Part shown: positions 48,018 to 56,143 of the stretch, one piece after another
Layout: each line of letters begins with the position of its first letter
Position numbering within the stretch: the first letter of the stretch is position 1
Source of the DNA: Patescibacteria group bacterium
Lineage (GTDB): Bacteria; Patescibacteriota; Patescibacteriia; Patescibacteriales; UBA12465
Assembly: GCA_016938835.1 (NCBI GenBank)
Contig: JAFGTW010000019.1
Location: 1 to 62,811, forward strand
Reading direction: 5' to 3'
DNA: 62,811 nucleotides
Notes under the pieces: model-generated
Seen by the model: the letters and a program-made list of their open reading frames with translations, nothing else
Told to the model about the DNA's origin: nothing
Database searches by the model: none
Program-made: the position numbers and the translations under genes

Positions 48018-48046
48018 TTGACCCTCTTTTTCAATTCTGCTATAAT
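48018..48046 (+). promoter_or_regulatory. Near-consensus sigma70 promoter of the nrd operon
   Basis: TTGACC (48018-48023), exactly 17 nt, TGc-TATAAT (48038-48046). Confidence 0.55.
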
Positions 48047-48054
48047 GAAAATAA

Positions 48055-48103
48055 TCACAAGATTTAGTGGTAGATTGTTATGTGAAGCCACAAAATATAG
48101 GTT
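48055..48103 (+). promoter_or_regulatory. Tandem NrdR boxes (operator)
   Basis: tCACaAgATtTaGTGg (48055-48070) and cCACaAaATaTaGgtt (48088-48103) compared with the published NrdR-box consensus acaCwAtATaTwGtgt. They are offset by 33 bp (about 3 helical turns), just downstream of the -10. Confidence 0.5.
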
Positions 48104-48116
48104 TTTAACTTATTTT

Positions 48117-48578
48117 ATGAAATGCCCCGTTTGTTATTACAATGATACTAAGGTTGTAGACTCTCGCGTTGCTCCAGACGGCCTTTCTATTCGACGTCGT
48201 CGCGAGTGTTTAAAGTGTAATTTTCGCTTTTCAACTTATGAAGAGATTGAAATATTAGATTTAATGATTGTAAAAAGAGATGGTCGTCGCGAATCTTATA
48301 GCCGTGAGAAATTGATTAGTGGTTTACGTAAATCTTTGGAAAAAAGACCTGTCACTGAAGAGAGTTTTAAACAAACAATTCACGGCATTGAGAGAGATTT
48401 ACAAAAATTACGTAAAAATGAGGTTACATCTTTGCAAGTTGGGCAAATTGTCATGAAACATCTTAAAAAGACGGATCCGGTTGCTTATATTCGTTATGCT
48501 TCTGTCTATGAATCGTTTAAAGATGCTAATGAATTTAGGCGTGAGCTCAATAAATTAATTAAAGATAAGAAAAAATAA
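48117..48578 (+). CDS. nrdR: Transcriptional repressor NrdR
   Basis: MKCPVCYYNDTKVVDSR..CLKC zinc ribbon followed by an ATP-cone. The ORF opens at 48012, but the family N-terminus matches the ATG at 48117. Confidence 0.93.
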   Translation: MKCPVCYYNDTKVVDSRVAPDGLSIRRRRECLKCNFRFSTYEEIEILDLMIVKRDGRRESYSREKLISGLRKSLEKRPVTEESFKQTIHGIERDLQKLRKNEVTSLQVGQIVMKHLKKTDPVAYIRYASVYESFKDANEFRRELNKLIKDKKK

Positions 48579-48662
48579 ATTAATATAGCGGTGATAGTCT
48601 TATTCAGATTTTAGAAAGTGCGATACTCTAAATTTCTAATATTATTACTCACTTTGAAACTC

Positions 48663-50714
48663 ATGTCTGAAATTATTACTCAACTCCGGAAAAGATCTGG
48701 AGACATCGTAGAGTTTAGTCAAAAAAAAATTAAGGATGCTATTTATAAGGCAGCCTTATCTGTTGAGATTGATGATGAGTCTTTGGCTCAGGAGTTAAGT
48801 GATGAAGTAGTTGCTAGAATTGCTAGTAAATTTCATAAGAATAGTATTCCTGCGGTTGAAGAGATTCAAGATGTTGTTGAAGAGATTTTAATTGAGCACA
48901 AACAAATAAAAACCGCTAAAGCTTATATTCTTTATCGCGATCAGCACAGACAGATACGTGAATTGAATAAAGCTACTTCTGATGAAAAGTTAATGGAGGA
49001 TTATTTAGGTAGAGCAGATTGGCGCTTGAAAGAGAATAGCAACATGAGTTTCTCTGTTCAGGGCTTGAATAATTATATCGCTTCCGCTATTTCTGCTCGC
49101 TATTGGTTAGATAAGCTTTATCCAGAAAATATTAGAGAGGCTCATATTAATGGTGATATTCATATTCATGATTTAGGTTTATTAGCTCCATATTGTTGTG
49201 GTTGGGATTTAAAAGATTTATTAATTAAAGGTTTTGGTGGTGTTTCTGAGAAAATTCAGAGTAAACCAGCTAAGCATTTTCGTAGTGCACTTGGTCAAAT
49301 AGTTAATTTTTTCTACACTATGCAAGGTGAGGCAGCTGGCGCTCAAGCTTTTGCTAATTTTGATACTTATTTAGCGCCTTTTATCCGTTATGACAAGTTG
49401 AGTTACAAGGAAGTTAAACAGGGTTTACAGGAGTTCATGTTTAACATTAATGTTCCTACCCGCGTTGGCTTTCAAACTCCTTTTACCAATATTACTCTTG
49501 ATGTTACCCCTTCTAAATTAGTAGGAGAAGAAAATGTAATTATTGGCGGACAGATTATGCCAGAAAAGTATATTGAGTTTCAAGCAGAAATGGATATGTT
49601 TAATCAGGCTTTTGCCGAAGTAATGTTAGAAGGTGATTCTACTGGCCGTGTGTTTGGCTTCCCCATACCTACTTATACCATTGATAAACAGTTTGATTGG
49701 GACAGAGAATCTTTAAATCCAATGTGGGAGATGACGGCTAAATATGGCATTCCTTATTTTTCTAACTTTGTAAACTCTGATATGGATCGCGATGATGCTC
49801 GCTCAATGTGTTGTCGCTTACGTTTAGATAATCGTGAATTAAGAAAGCGTGGCGGTGGTTTATTCGGCGCCAACCCTCTTACTGGTAGTCTAGGGGTTGT
49901 TACTATTAATTTACCTAGGATTGGTTATTTATCTAAAAATAAGGAGGAGTTTATTGAAAGAGTTTATAAATTGATGGATGTAGCTAAAGATAGCCTGGAG
50001 ATTAAGCGTAAGGTTATTGAGAAGTTTTCAGAAGACGGATTATATCCTTATTCTAAGCATTATTTAGCAGATATTAAAGCTCGTTTTAATACTTATTGGC
50101 AAAATCATTTTAATACTATCGGTATTAATGGTATGAATGAAGCTTTATTAAATTTATTAGGCAAAGATATTACTACTCCCGAGGGACACACGTTTGCTTT
50201 AGAGGTTATGGATGCAATGCGCGAACGGCTGATGGATTATCAAAATGAAACAAATAATTTGTATAATTTAGAAGCTACCCCTGGTGAGGGTTGCACCTAT
50301 CGTTTTGCCAAAAAAGATTTAGAGAAGTATCCAGATATAATTTTTGCTAATACTGAGGCAGTGAAAGATGGGATTCCTCCTTACTATACTAATTCTACCC
50401 ATTTGCCTGTGGGTTATTCAGATGATATTTTTGGCGCCCTTGATTTACAAGATGATTTACAAATTAAATACACCGGTGGCACAGTTTTGCATGGTTATTT
50501 AGGCGAACGCTTACCAGACGGTAATGCTGCTAAGAAATTAGTTAAGCGTATTATTGAAAATTATCGTTTACCTTATTTTACCATTACCCCAACCTTCTCT
50601 ATTTGTCCAAAACATGGTTATTTGTCGGGTGAACACAAGTTCTGTCCAAAATGTGACGAAGAAATGGGTTATTCTAGTGATGATATGAAGAACGAGCGTT
50701 GCTCAACCTGTTAA
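48663..50714 (+). CDS. nrdD: Anaerobic (class III) ribonucleoside-triphosphate reductase, large fragment lacking the glycyl-radical loop
   Basis: N-terminal ATP-cone, NrdD core (ARSMCCRLRLD, GGGLFGANP), C-terminal CPKH..CPKC..CSTC zinc-ribbon region. It stops right after the last Cys with no RxxG[YFW] motif. ATG at 48663 (the ORF opens at GTG 48618). Confidence 0.9.
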   Translation: MSEIITQLRKRSGDIVEFSQKKIKDAIYKAALSVEIDDESLAQELSDEVVARIASKFHKNSIPAVEEIQDVVEEILIEHKQIKTAKAYILYRDQHRQIRELNKATSDEKLMEDYLGRADWRLKENSNMSFSVQGLNNYIASAISARYWLDKLYPENIREAHINGDIHIHDLGLLAPYCCGWDLKDLLIKGFGGVSEKIQSKPAKHFRSALGQIVNFFYTMQGEAAGAQAFANFDTYLAPFIRYDKLSYKEVKQGLQEFMFNINVPTRVGFQTPFTNITLDVTPSKLVGEENVIIGGQIMPEKYIEFQAEMDMFNQAFAEVMLEGDSTGRVFGFPIPTYTIDKQFDWDRESLNPMWEMTAKYGIPYFSNFVNSDMDRDDARSMCCRLRLDNRELRKRGGGLFGANPLTGSLGVVTINLPRIGYLSKNKEEFIERVYKLMDVAKDSLEIKRKVIEKFSEDGLYPYSKHYLADIKARFNTYWQNHFNTIGINGMNEALLNLLGKDITTPEGHTFALEVMDAMRERLMDYQNETNNLYNLEATPGEGCTYRFAKKDLEKYPDIIFANTEAVKDGIPPYYTNSTHLPVGYSDDIFGALDLQDDLQIKYTGGTVLHGYLGERLPDGNAAKKLVKRIIENYRLPYFTITPTFSICPKHGYLSGEHKFCPKCDEEMGYSSDDMKNERCSTC

Positions 50715-50801
50715 TTTGTTTTATTTAATATTTTAATTTATAATATGTTTAGAGCTGATTGCGTGGGTATACTGCCCTCTAATTAAGCCTAAAAAATATT
50801 T

Positions 50802-50945
50802 ATGAGTCCAATTACCACTCAACGTCAAGAATGCATTGTTTACAGTCGAGTTGTAGGCTGGTTAACTCCAGTTAAGAACTACAATCCTGGTAAAACTTCT
50901 GAATATAATGATCGTAAAACTTTCAAGGTTTCTTGCTCCGAATAA
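50802..50945 (+). CDS. 47-aa stand-alone glycyl-radical peptide of NrdD (not in the supplied ORF track)
   Basis: My own translation is MSPITTQRQECIVYSRVVGWLTPVKNYNPGKTSEYNDRKTFKVSCSE. YSRVVGWLTPV..NPGK..E...RK matches the NrdD C-terminal motif (V/I)YSR(I/V)xGYxxPVxxWNxGKxxE. It is in the same frame as nrdD, but three TAA codons intervene. Confidence 0.7.
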   Translation: MSPITTQRQECIVYSRVVGWLTPVKNYNPGKTSEYNDRKTFKVSCSE

Positions 50946-51016
50946 ATTAATTTTTTGAGGAAGTGCGGGGAAAAGAGCCGTTAAGATATCCCGGCGGCTT
51001 CCCCAATGTTTCTCAT

Positions 51017-51751
51017 ATGATTATTGGTGGTTTAGAAAAATTAACGCTTTTAGATTTTCCTGATAATTTGGCAGCAATAGTATTTACTAAAGGTTGTAAT
51101 TTTCGTTGTCATTATTGTTATAATCCCATGCTTGTCTGGCCCCACCGCCCTGAAGCATTGGCGCTAGACGAAAAAGATATTGAAAAAGGTTATCCCCCTG
51201 TTACGGAGGAAGACCTTTTTCTTTTTTTACAAGAACGACTTGGTAAAATTGATGGAGTAGTTATAACGGGCGGGGAACCAACCTTGCATGCCGATTTGCC
51301 TGATTTTATTCGACGTATTAAGAAATTGGGCTACTTAGTCAAGCTAGACACTAATGGCACTAATCCAGAGATGTTAACATCTTTGATTAAAGATAAATTG
51401 ATTGATTATATCGCTATGGATATTAAAGCTTCTTGGGATAAATATCAGTCCGTAGTTGACGTGCCTGTAAATTTAGATAATTTGCAAAAAAGTGTTAAAA
51501 TAATAATGTCTAGCGCTCTGCCCTATGAATTTAGGAGCACGCTTGTTCCAGACTTTCATAATTCTAAGGATATTGAGTCTATGGGCAAAGCAATTGAGGG
51601 TGCAGATCGTTGGTATTTACAAAAATTTAAGCCAGATGCTGGCTTATTAGATCCAAGCTTTGAACATAAATCAACTTTTAAAGATCAAGAATTAAAGGAC
51701 TTAGCTTTAATTGGATCTAAATTTGTTAAAAAATGTGAAGCAAGAATTTAA
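51017..51751 (+). CDS. nrdG: Anaerobic ribonucleotide reductase activating protein (radical SAM)
   Basis: MIIGGLEKLTLLDFPDNLAAIVFTKGCNFRCHYCYNP contains the CxxxCxxC cluster; also VVITGGEPT. The ORF opens at GTG 50963; the family-consistent ATG is at 51017. Confidence 0.9.
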   Translation: MIIGGLEKLTLLDFPDNLAAIVFTKGCNFRCHYCYNPMLVWPHRPEALALDEKDIEKGYPPVTEEDLFLFLQERLGKIDGVVITGGEPTLHADLPDFIRRIKKLGYLVKLDTNGTNPEMLTSLIKDKLIDYIAMDIKASWDKYQSVVDVPVNLDNLQKSVKIIMSSALPYEFRSTLVPDFHNSKDIESMGKAIEGADRWYLQKFKPDAGLLDPSFEHKSTFKDQELKDLALIGSKFVKKCEARI

Positions 51752-51755
51752 AATT

Positions 51756-52103
51756 ATGGAGAAAGGAAATAATGGATTAAAAAATAAATTAGAAAATTTA
51801 ACGAATCAGGTAGTTGAAAACGATAATAAAAATCTATCTGCTGCTTTAATAGATCAGGCCGAATCAAAACAAGATTTAAAAGCTTTATTAGAAGAGAATT
51901 TAGCCATGACTAAGGAGATTAGGGCAATGGTTCGTCATATTAATGTCTATGTAGCCTGGCAACGTATATTAAGTTGGGTTAAACTTTTGTTATTGTTAGT
52001 GCCAATTATTTTGGGTTTTATCTATTTGCCACCGATTATTTCTGATGCATATAATAAATTTTTACAAATGCTTGCTAGTAGTATTGGGGTGGTTGGGTAT
52101 TAA
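51756..52103 (+). CDS. Hypothetical coiled-coil protein with a C-terminal TM segment
   Basis: 115 aa from the ATG at 51756 (the ORF opens at 51711 and overlaps nrdG). TM LLLLLVPIILGFIYLPPII. Confidence 0.5.
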   Translation: MEKGNNGLKNKLENLTNQVVENDNKNLSAALIDQAESKQDLKALLEENLAMTKEIRAMVRHINVYVAWQRILSWVKLLLLLVPIILGFIYLPPIISDAYNKFLQMLASSIGVVGY

Positions 52104-52118
52104 ATATAATCAATCTTT

Positions 52119-53966
52119 ATGAATGATGAAATATCTGTATTTGCTGAAACCACTTTTCGTAATCAGTATAAGAAATTTGGTATAAAAACGGATGATCGCC
52201 GCCGTCACATGTATCTTATCGGAAAGACTGGTATGGGCAAATCAACAATTCAAGAAAATATGATCGTGGGCGATATTCGCGCTGGTCATGGTTTAGCTGT
52301 GGTTGACCCCCATGGTGATTTAGCGGAAAAGATTATTGAATACATTCCTAAAGAGCGAATTAAGGATGTGGTTTATTTTAATCCGTCTGATATGGATTTT
52401 CCTATTGCTTTTAACGTCTTAGAACAAGTTGATCCACATCTACGCCATTTAGTTGCATCAGGTTTGTTGGGAGTATTTCAAAAATTATGGGCTGATTCTT
52501 GGGGACCTCGTTTAGAATATATTTTACGTAATGCTATCTTAGCTATTTTAGATTTTCCTGGATCAACTCTTTTGGGAGTAGTGCGCATGTTATCTGATAA
52601 GTCATATCGTAAACGAGTAGTAGCCAATATTAAGGATCCAGTAGTTAAAGCCTTTTGGGAGAAAGAATTTGCTTCTTACGCTGATAAATTTGCCTCGGAA
52701 GCGGTTTCCCCTATCCAGAATAAGGTTGGACAATTTTTGTCTAGTTCTTTAATGCGTAATATTATTGGTCAAGTTAAGTCATCCATCAATATTCGCGAAA
52801 TTATGGATGAAGGTAAGATTCTGATTATGAATCTGAGCAAGGGAAGAATTGGTGAAGATAATTCAGCTCTTTTAGGTGCAATGATGATTACCAAAATTCA
52901 GTTAGCGGCGATGAGTCGTGTCGATATGCCTGAAAAAGAACGGAAAGATTTTTATCTTTATATTGATGAATTTCAGAATTTTTCTACTGACAGTTTTGCT
53001 AATATTTTGTCAGAGGCTAGAAAATATCATTTAAATCTTATTCTTGCTCATCAATATATTGAACAGTTAAGTGAAAAAGTTAAACCGGCTGTTTTTGGTA
53101 ATGTTGGTACAATGATTTCTTTTCGCATTGGTGCGACTGATGCAGAAGAATTAGCTAAAGAATTCGCTCCAGTATTTACTGAAGAAGACTTAGTTAATTT
53201 GCCTAAATATGAAATGTATTTAAAGTTGATGATTGATGGCGTTGCCTCTTCACCTTTTTCAGCTAAAGGGCTGCCCCCTTTAACAGAGGCGGAAAAGACA
53301 AATAATATGGAAAAAGTTATTCAGTATTCTCGTGAAAAATATGCCAGCGCTCGTGATGAGGTTGAAGAAAAGATTCTACGTTGGCATTCGGCCGAAGATG
53401 ATGTTCCTCGTAGTACTAGCGCTAAACCAAGTAATATTAATATATCCCCACGTACAAACACTTCTTCATTTTCTCCCCGAACAGTAAATGCTCCTGCAAG
53501 CACTGTTAGGCAATCTATATCTTCAGGTAATAATGAGCGCTCAAATATAGCTAAAAAAGAAAGTGTTATTTCTAAAAAATCTTGGGTAGTCGCTCCAGAT
53601 TCTGACAATCGTCCAACTTTTGCCACTATTTGTGCTCGTTGTGGCATGGAGACGGCAACGATTTTTGAACCAGATGGAATTAGACCAGTATTTTGTAAAG
53701 AATGTTTAGGTATTAGGCGTCAAGAAAAAAAAGAAGAAATGGAAAAGAGACGACAACAGAAAGTGGAGGAGTTAAAAAAAGTTAATAACGCTCCCTCTAT
53801 TTCTTTATCATCATTAAACCAGGCTCACCCAGTTGATTTTAAGGGACGTCCAGAAAAAATACGTGAGGATAAACCAACTGTTCATAAAATAAAATTAAGT
53901 GAGCAAGAGAAAGAAGGCGATATGGATGAAGATGAGATTATTGATTTTTCTCGACGTTCGGAATAA
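52119..53966 (+). CDS. Soluble VirD4/TraD/TraG-family (T4SS coupling-protein-like) P-loop ATPase with a C-terminal zinc ribbon
   Basis: Walker A GKTGMGKST, VVDPHGD, Walker B/TraG-D_C-like LYIDEFQNF..ARKYHLNLILAHQ. No N-terminal TM. Ser/Pro-rich linker, then CARCG..x17..CKEC and a Lys/Glu-rich tail. Confidence 0.8.
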   Translation: MNDEISVFAETTFRNQYKKFGIKTDDRRRHMYLIGKTGMGKSTIQENMIVGDIRAGHGLAVVDPHGDLAEKIIEYIPKERIKDVVYFNPSDMDFPIAFNVLEQVDPHLRHLVASGLLGVFQKLWADSWGPRLEYILRNAILAILDFPGSTLLGVVRMLSDKSYRKRVVANIKDPVVKAFWEKEFASYADKFASEAVSPIQNKVGQFLSSSLMRNIIGQVKSSINIREIMDEGKILIMNLSKGRIGEDNSALLGAMMITKIQLAAMSRVDMPEKERKDFYLYIDEFQNFSTDSFANILSEARKYHLNLILAHQYIEQLSEKVKPAVFGNVGTMISFRIGATDAEELAKEFAPVFTEEDLVNLPKYEMYLKLMIDGVASSPFSAKGLPPLTEAEKTNNMEKVIQYSREKYASARDEVEEKILRWHSAEDDVPRSTSAKPSNINISPRTNTSSFSPRTVNAPASTVRQSISSGNNERSNIAKKESVISKKSWVVAPDSDNRPTFATICARCGMETATIFEPDGIRPVFCKECLGIRRQEKKEEMEKRRQQKVEELKKVNNAPSISLSSLNQAHPVDFKGRPEKIREDKPTVHKIKLSEQEKEGDMDEDEIIDFSRRSE

Positions 53967-53970
53967 GTTT

Positions 53971-54546
53971 ATGTATTTATTTTTTGATACTGAAACAACT
54001 GGCTTGCCTAAAAATTTTAAGGCACCAGTAACAGATTTAAATAATTGGCCTCGTTTGGTTCAGTTGTCTTGGGCTTGGTTTGATAATAATGGCAAAGCTT
54101 GGGATCGCTATGATTACATTATTAAGCCAGAAGGATTTATTATTCCTGAAGAATCAACCAAAATTCATCGCATTAGTCATCAAAAAGCGTTAGCGGAAGG
54201 CAGAGAATTAAAAGTGGTGTTAAGTGAGTTTGCCGAACATATTGCTCGCGCCGATGCTTTAGTGGGGCACAATATTGATTTTGATGATAAAATTATTGGT
54301 TCAGAATTTTATCGTAATAAAATAGAAAATAATTTAGTAATGGTTAAAAAGATTTGTACAATGAAATCAAGTGTAGATATTTGTCGTATTAGTAATGGTC
54401 GGGGTGGTTATAAATGGCCAAATTTAGCTGAGCTGCATCAATATTTGTTTAAAAAGAATTTTGAAGATGCTCATAATGCCATGGTTGATGTTTTGGCTTG
54501 TGCTCGTTGTTTTTATGAAATACGCCGTCAAGGCCATGATATTTAA
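53971..54546 (+). CDS. DEDDh 3'-5' exonuclease (DnaQ/PolIII epsilon-like)
   Basis: ExoI FFDTETTGL, ExoII LVGHNIDFDDK, ExoIII HNAMVDV. ATG at 53971 (the ORF opens at 53899). Confidence 0.88.
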   Translation: MYLFFDTETTGLPKNFKAPVTDLNNWPRLVQLSWAWFDNNGKAWDRYDYIIKPEGFIIPEESTKIHRISHQKALAEGRELKVVLSEFAEHIARADALVGHNIDFDDKIIGSEFYRNKIENNLVMVKKICTMKSSVDICRISNGRGGYKWPNLAELHQYLFKKNFEDAHNAMVDVLACARCFYEIRRQGHDI

Positions 54547-54548
54547 TT

Positions 54549-56129
54549 ATGAATTATTTGAAAGTAGGTAAAGCCACTGATTTATATGGCAACGATAGAA
54601 TTCTTTATCGTTTTTTTGAGATATTGCCTGGATTTTTATCTTATTCCACTTTATTTGCGTTGATAATTTTTTCTTATTTTCAGCCAGTTTGGGTGGCTTT
54701 TTTTATTATTGCCTTTGATGTTTATTGGTTATTGTTAGTTGTTTATTTAGCATTATATTTAATCACTGCTTATTATAAGATGAAGAAAAATTCAGCAATT
54801 GACTGGCGGGCTCGCTGTAATGATTTAATTTTAAATAAATTCGATGATAAAAAAATTGCCGCTGATTCTTTAGCTCGTAGTGGTAAAAAGTGGACTGACT
54901 TACAACATTTAATATTATTACCTACATATAACGAAGGCGAAGAAATAATTTTTAGCGCTTTACAGTCACTTTTGCAAGACGGTTTCCCTCCACAACAGAT
55001 GATCGTAGTAGTGGCCATGGAAGAACGTGCTGGAGAAGAGGCTCATCGGCGAGCAATTAATATTAAAACACTTTTTCAAAATAAATTTGCTCATCTAATC
55101 ATAACCTTTCATCCGGATGGTATGGTTGGCGAGATTAAGGGTAAGGGGGCTAATCAAGCCTGGGCAATTAAGCAAGTAAAAAAAGACTTACTTGATCCTG
55201 AAAATTTTGATTTTGATAATATATTAGTGAGCGTTTTTGATATTGATACAATTGTGAGACCTGGTTATTTTTTTGCTCTATCTTATAAATTTCTTACTGT
55301 TTCATCTCCTTATCGGGCTAGTTATCAGCCTATACCTGTTTATCAAAATAATCTTTGGGAAGCTCCATTTTTTTCTCGGGTGGCAGCATCTTCTAATACT
55401 TTTTGGCAGATGATGATGCAAATTAGGGAAGAGCAGTTAGTAACTTACTCTTCTCACTCTATGACCCTACGGGCCTTAATTGATATTGGTTTCTGGTCTA
55501 CGAATATGGTAAGTGAAGATTCTCGTATTTTTTGGCATTGTCTGCTTTATTATGGTGGTGATTATCGAGTGGAGCCACTTTATTTTCCAGTTTCCATGGA
55601 TATTACTTTTGATCGTAATTTTATTCAAACTGCCAGAAGTTTATATAAACAACAAAGACGCTGGGCTTGGGGTGCTGAAAACGTGCCTTATTTAATGTTT
55701 AATACTATTAAGTATTGGCATAGTATTGATCGTAAGAAAATTGCTGGTCATATCTTTACTCAAATTTATGGTTTTCATTCTTGGGCAACCAATGCTTTAA
55801 TTATCGCTGTTGTTGGTTGGATGCCTATGTTGCTTGGTGGTTCTCGTTTTAATACCACTGTTCTTTCAGGTAATTTACCAGCCATCACTCAATCTCTTAT
55901 GAATATTGCCATGATTGGTTTAGTTTTATCAGCTATTATCTCCACTCTTTTATTACCAAAAAGACCAGCTAAATATACTTTCTTTAAAAATGTAAGGATG
56001 GTCTTAGAATGGATTTTTGTGCCTATTACTATTATCTTTTTTGGTTCAATTCCTTGTTTTGACGCTCAATGGCGTTTAATGAGAGGAAAATATATGGGTT
56101 TTTGGGTAACACCAAAATCAAGGTCTTAA
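54549..56129 (+). CDS. Membrane-embedded processive family 2 glycosyltransferase (cellulose/chitin-synthase-like)
   Basis: N- and C-terminal TM bundles. LPTYNEGEE, FDIDT (DxD), VSEDSR and QQRRWAWGA (the QxxRW processivity motif). Confidence 0.85.
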   Translation: MNYLKVGKATDLYGNDRILYRFFEILPGFLSYSTLFALIIFSYFQPVWVAFFIIAFDVYWLLLVVYLALYLITAYYKMKKNSAIDWRARCNDLILNKFDDKKIAADSLARSGKKWTDLQHLILLPTYNEGEEIIFSALQSLLQDGFPPQQMIVVVAMEERAGEEAHRRAINIKTLFQNKFAHLIITFHPDGMVGEIKGKGANQAWAIKQVKKDLLDPENFDFDNILVSVFDIDTIVRPGYFFALSYKFLTVSSPYRASYQPIPVYQNNLWEAPFFSRVAASSNTFWQMMMQIREEQLVTYSSHSMTLRALIDIGFWSTNMVSEDSRIFWHCLLYYGGDYRVEPLYFPVSMDITFDRNFIQTARSLYKQQRRWAWGAENVPYLMFNTIKYWHSIDRKKIAGHIFTQIYGFHSWATNALIIAVVGWMPMLLGGSRFNTTVLSGNLPAITQSLMNIAMIGLVLSAIISTLLLPKRPAKYTFFKNVRMVLEWIFVPITIIFFGSIPCFDAQWRLMRGKYMGFWVTPKSRS

Positions 56130-56143
56130 TAAAATATAGGTAT

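Noticed and set aside
48579-48662. A second NrdR operator between nrdR and nrdD
   Set aside because: I compared the spacer by eye with the NrdR-box consensus and found no 16-bp segment matching both half-sites. nrdD is more likely co-transcribed from the promoter at 48018.
50715-50801. Intron, intein or recoding as an explanation for the 87-nt gap inside the split nrdD
   Set aside because: The gap is too short for a group I or group II intron, and I saw no conserved intron core elements. An intein cannot contain stop codons. Three in-frame TAA codons make readthrough or a single-base error implausible. The 13-codon mini-ORF MFRADCVGILPSN inside the gap has no recognisable similarity. The genuinely split-gene hypothesis is reported as a finding.
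52119-53966. VirD4-like ATPase as a marker of an integrated conjugative element
   Set aside because: There are no flanking relaxase, VirB4, VirB6, integrase or repeat boundaries. Neighbours on both sides are housekeeping genes packed 2-15 nt apart. It is treated as a chromosomal gene.
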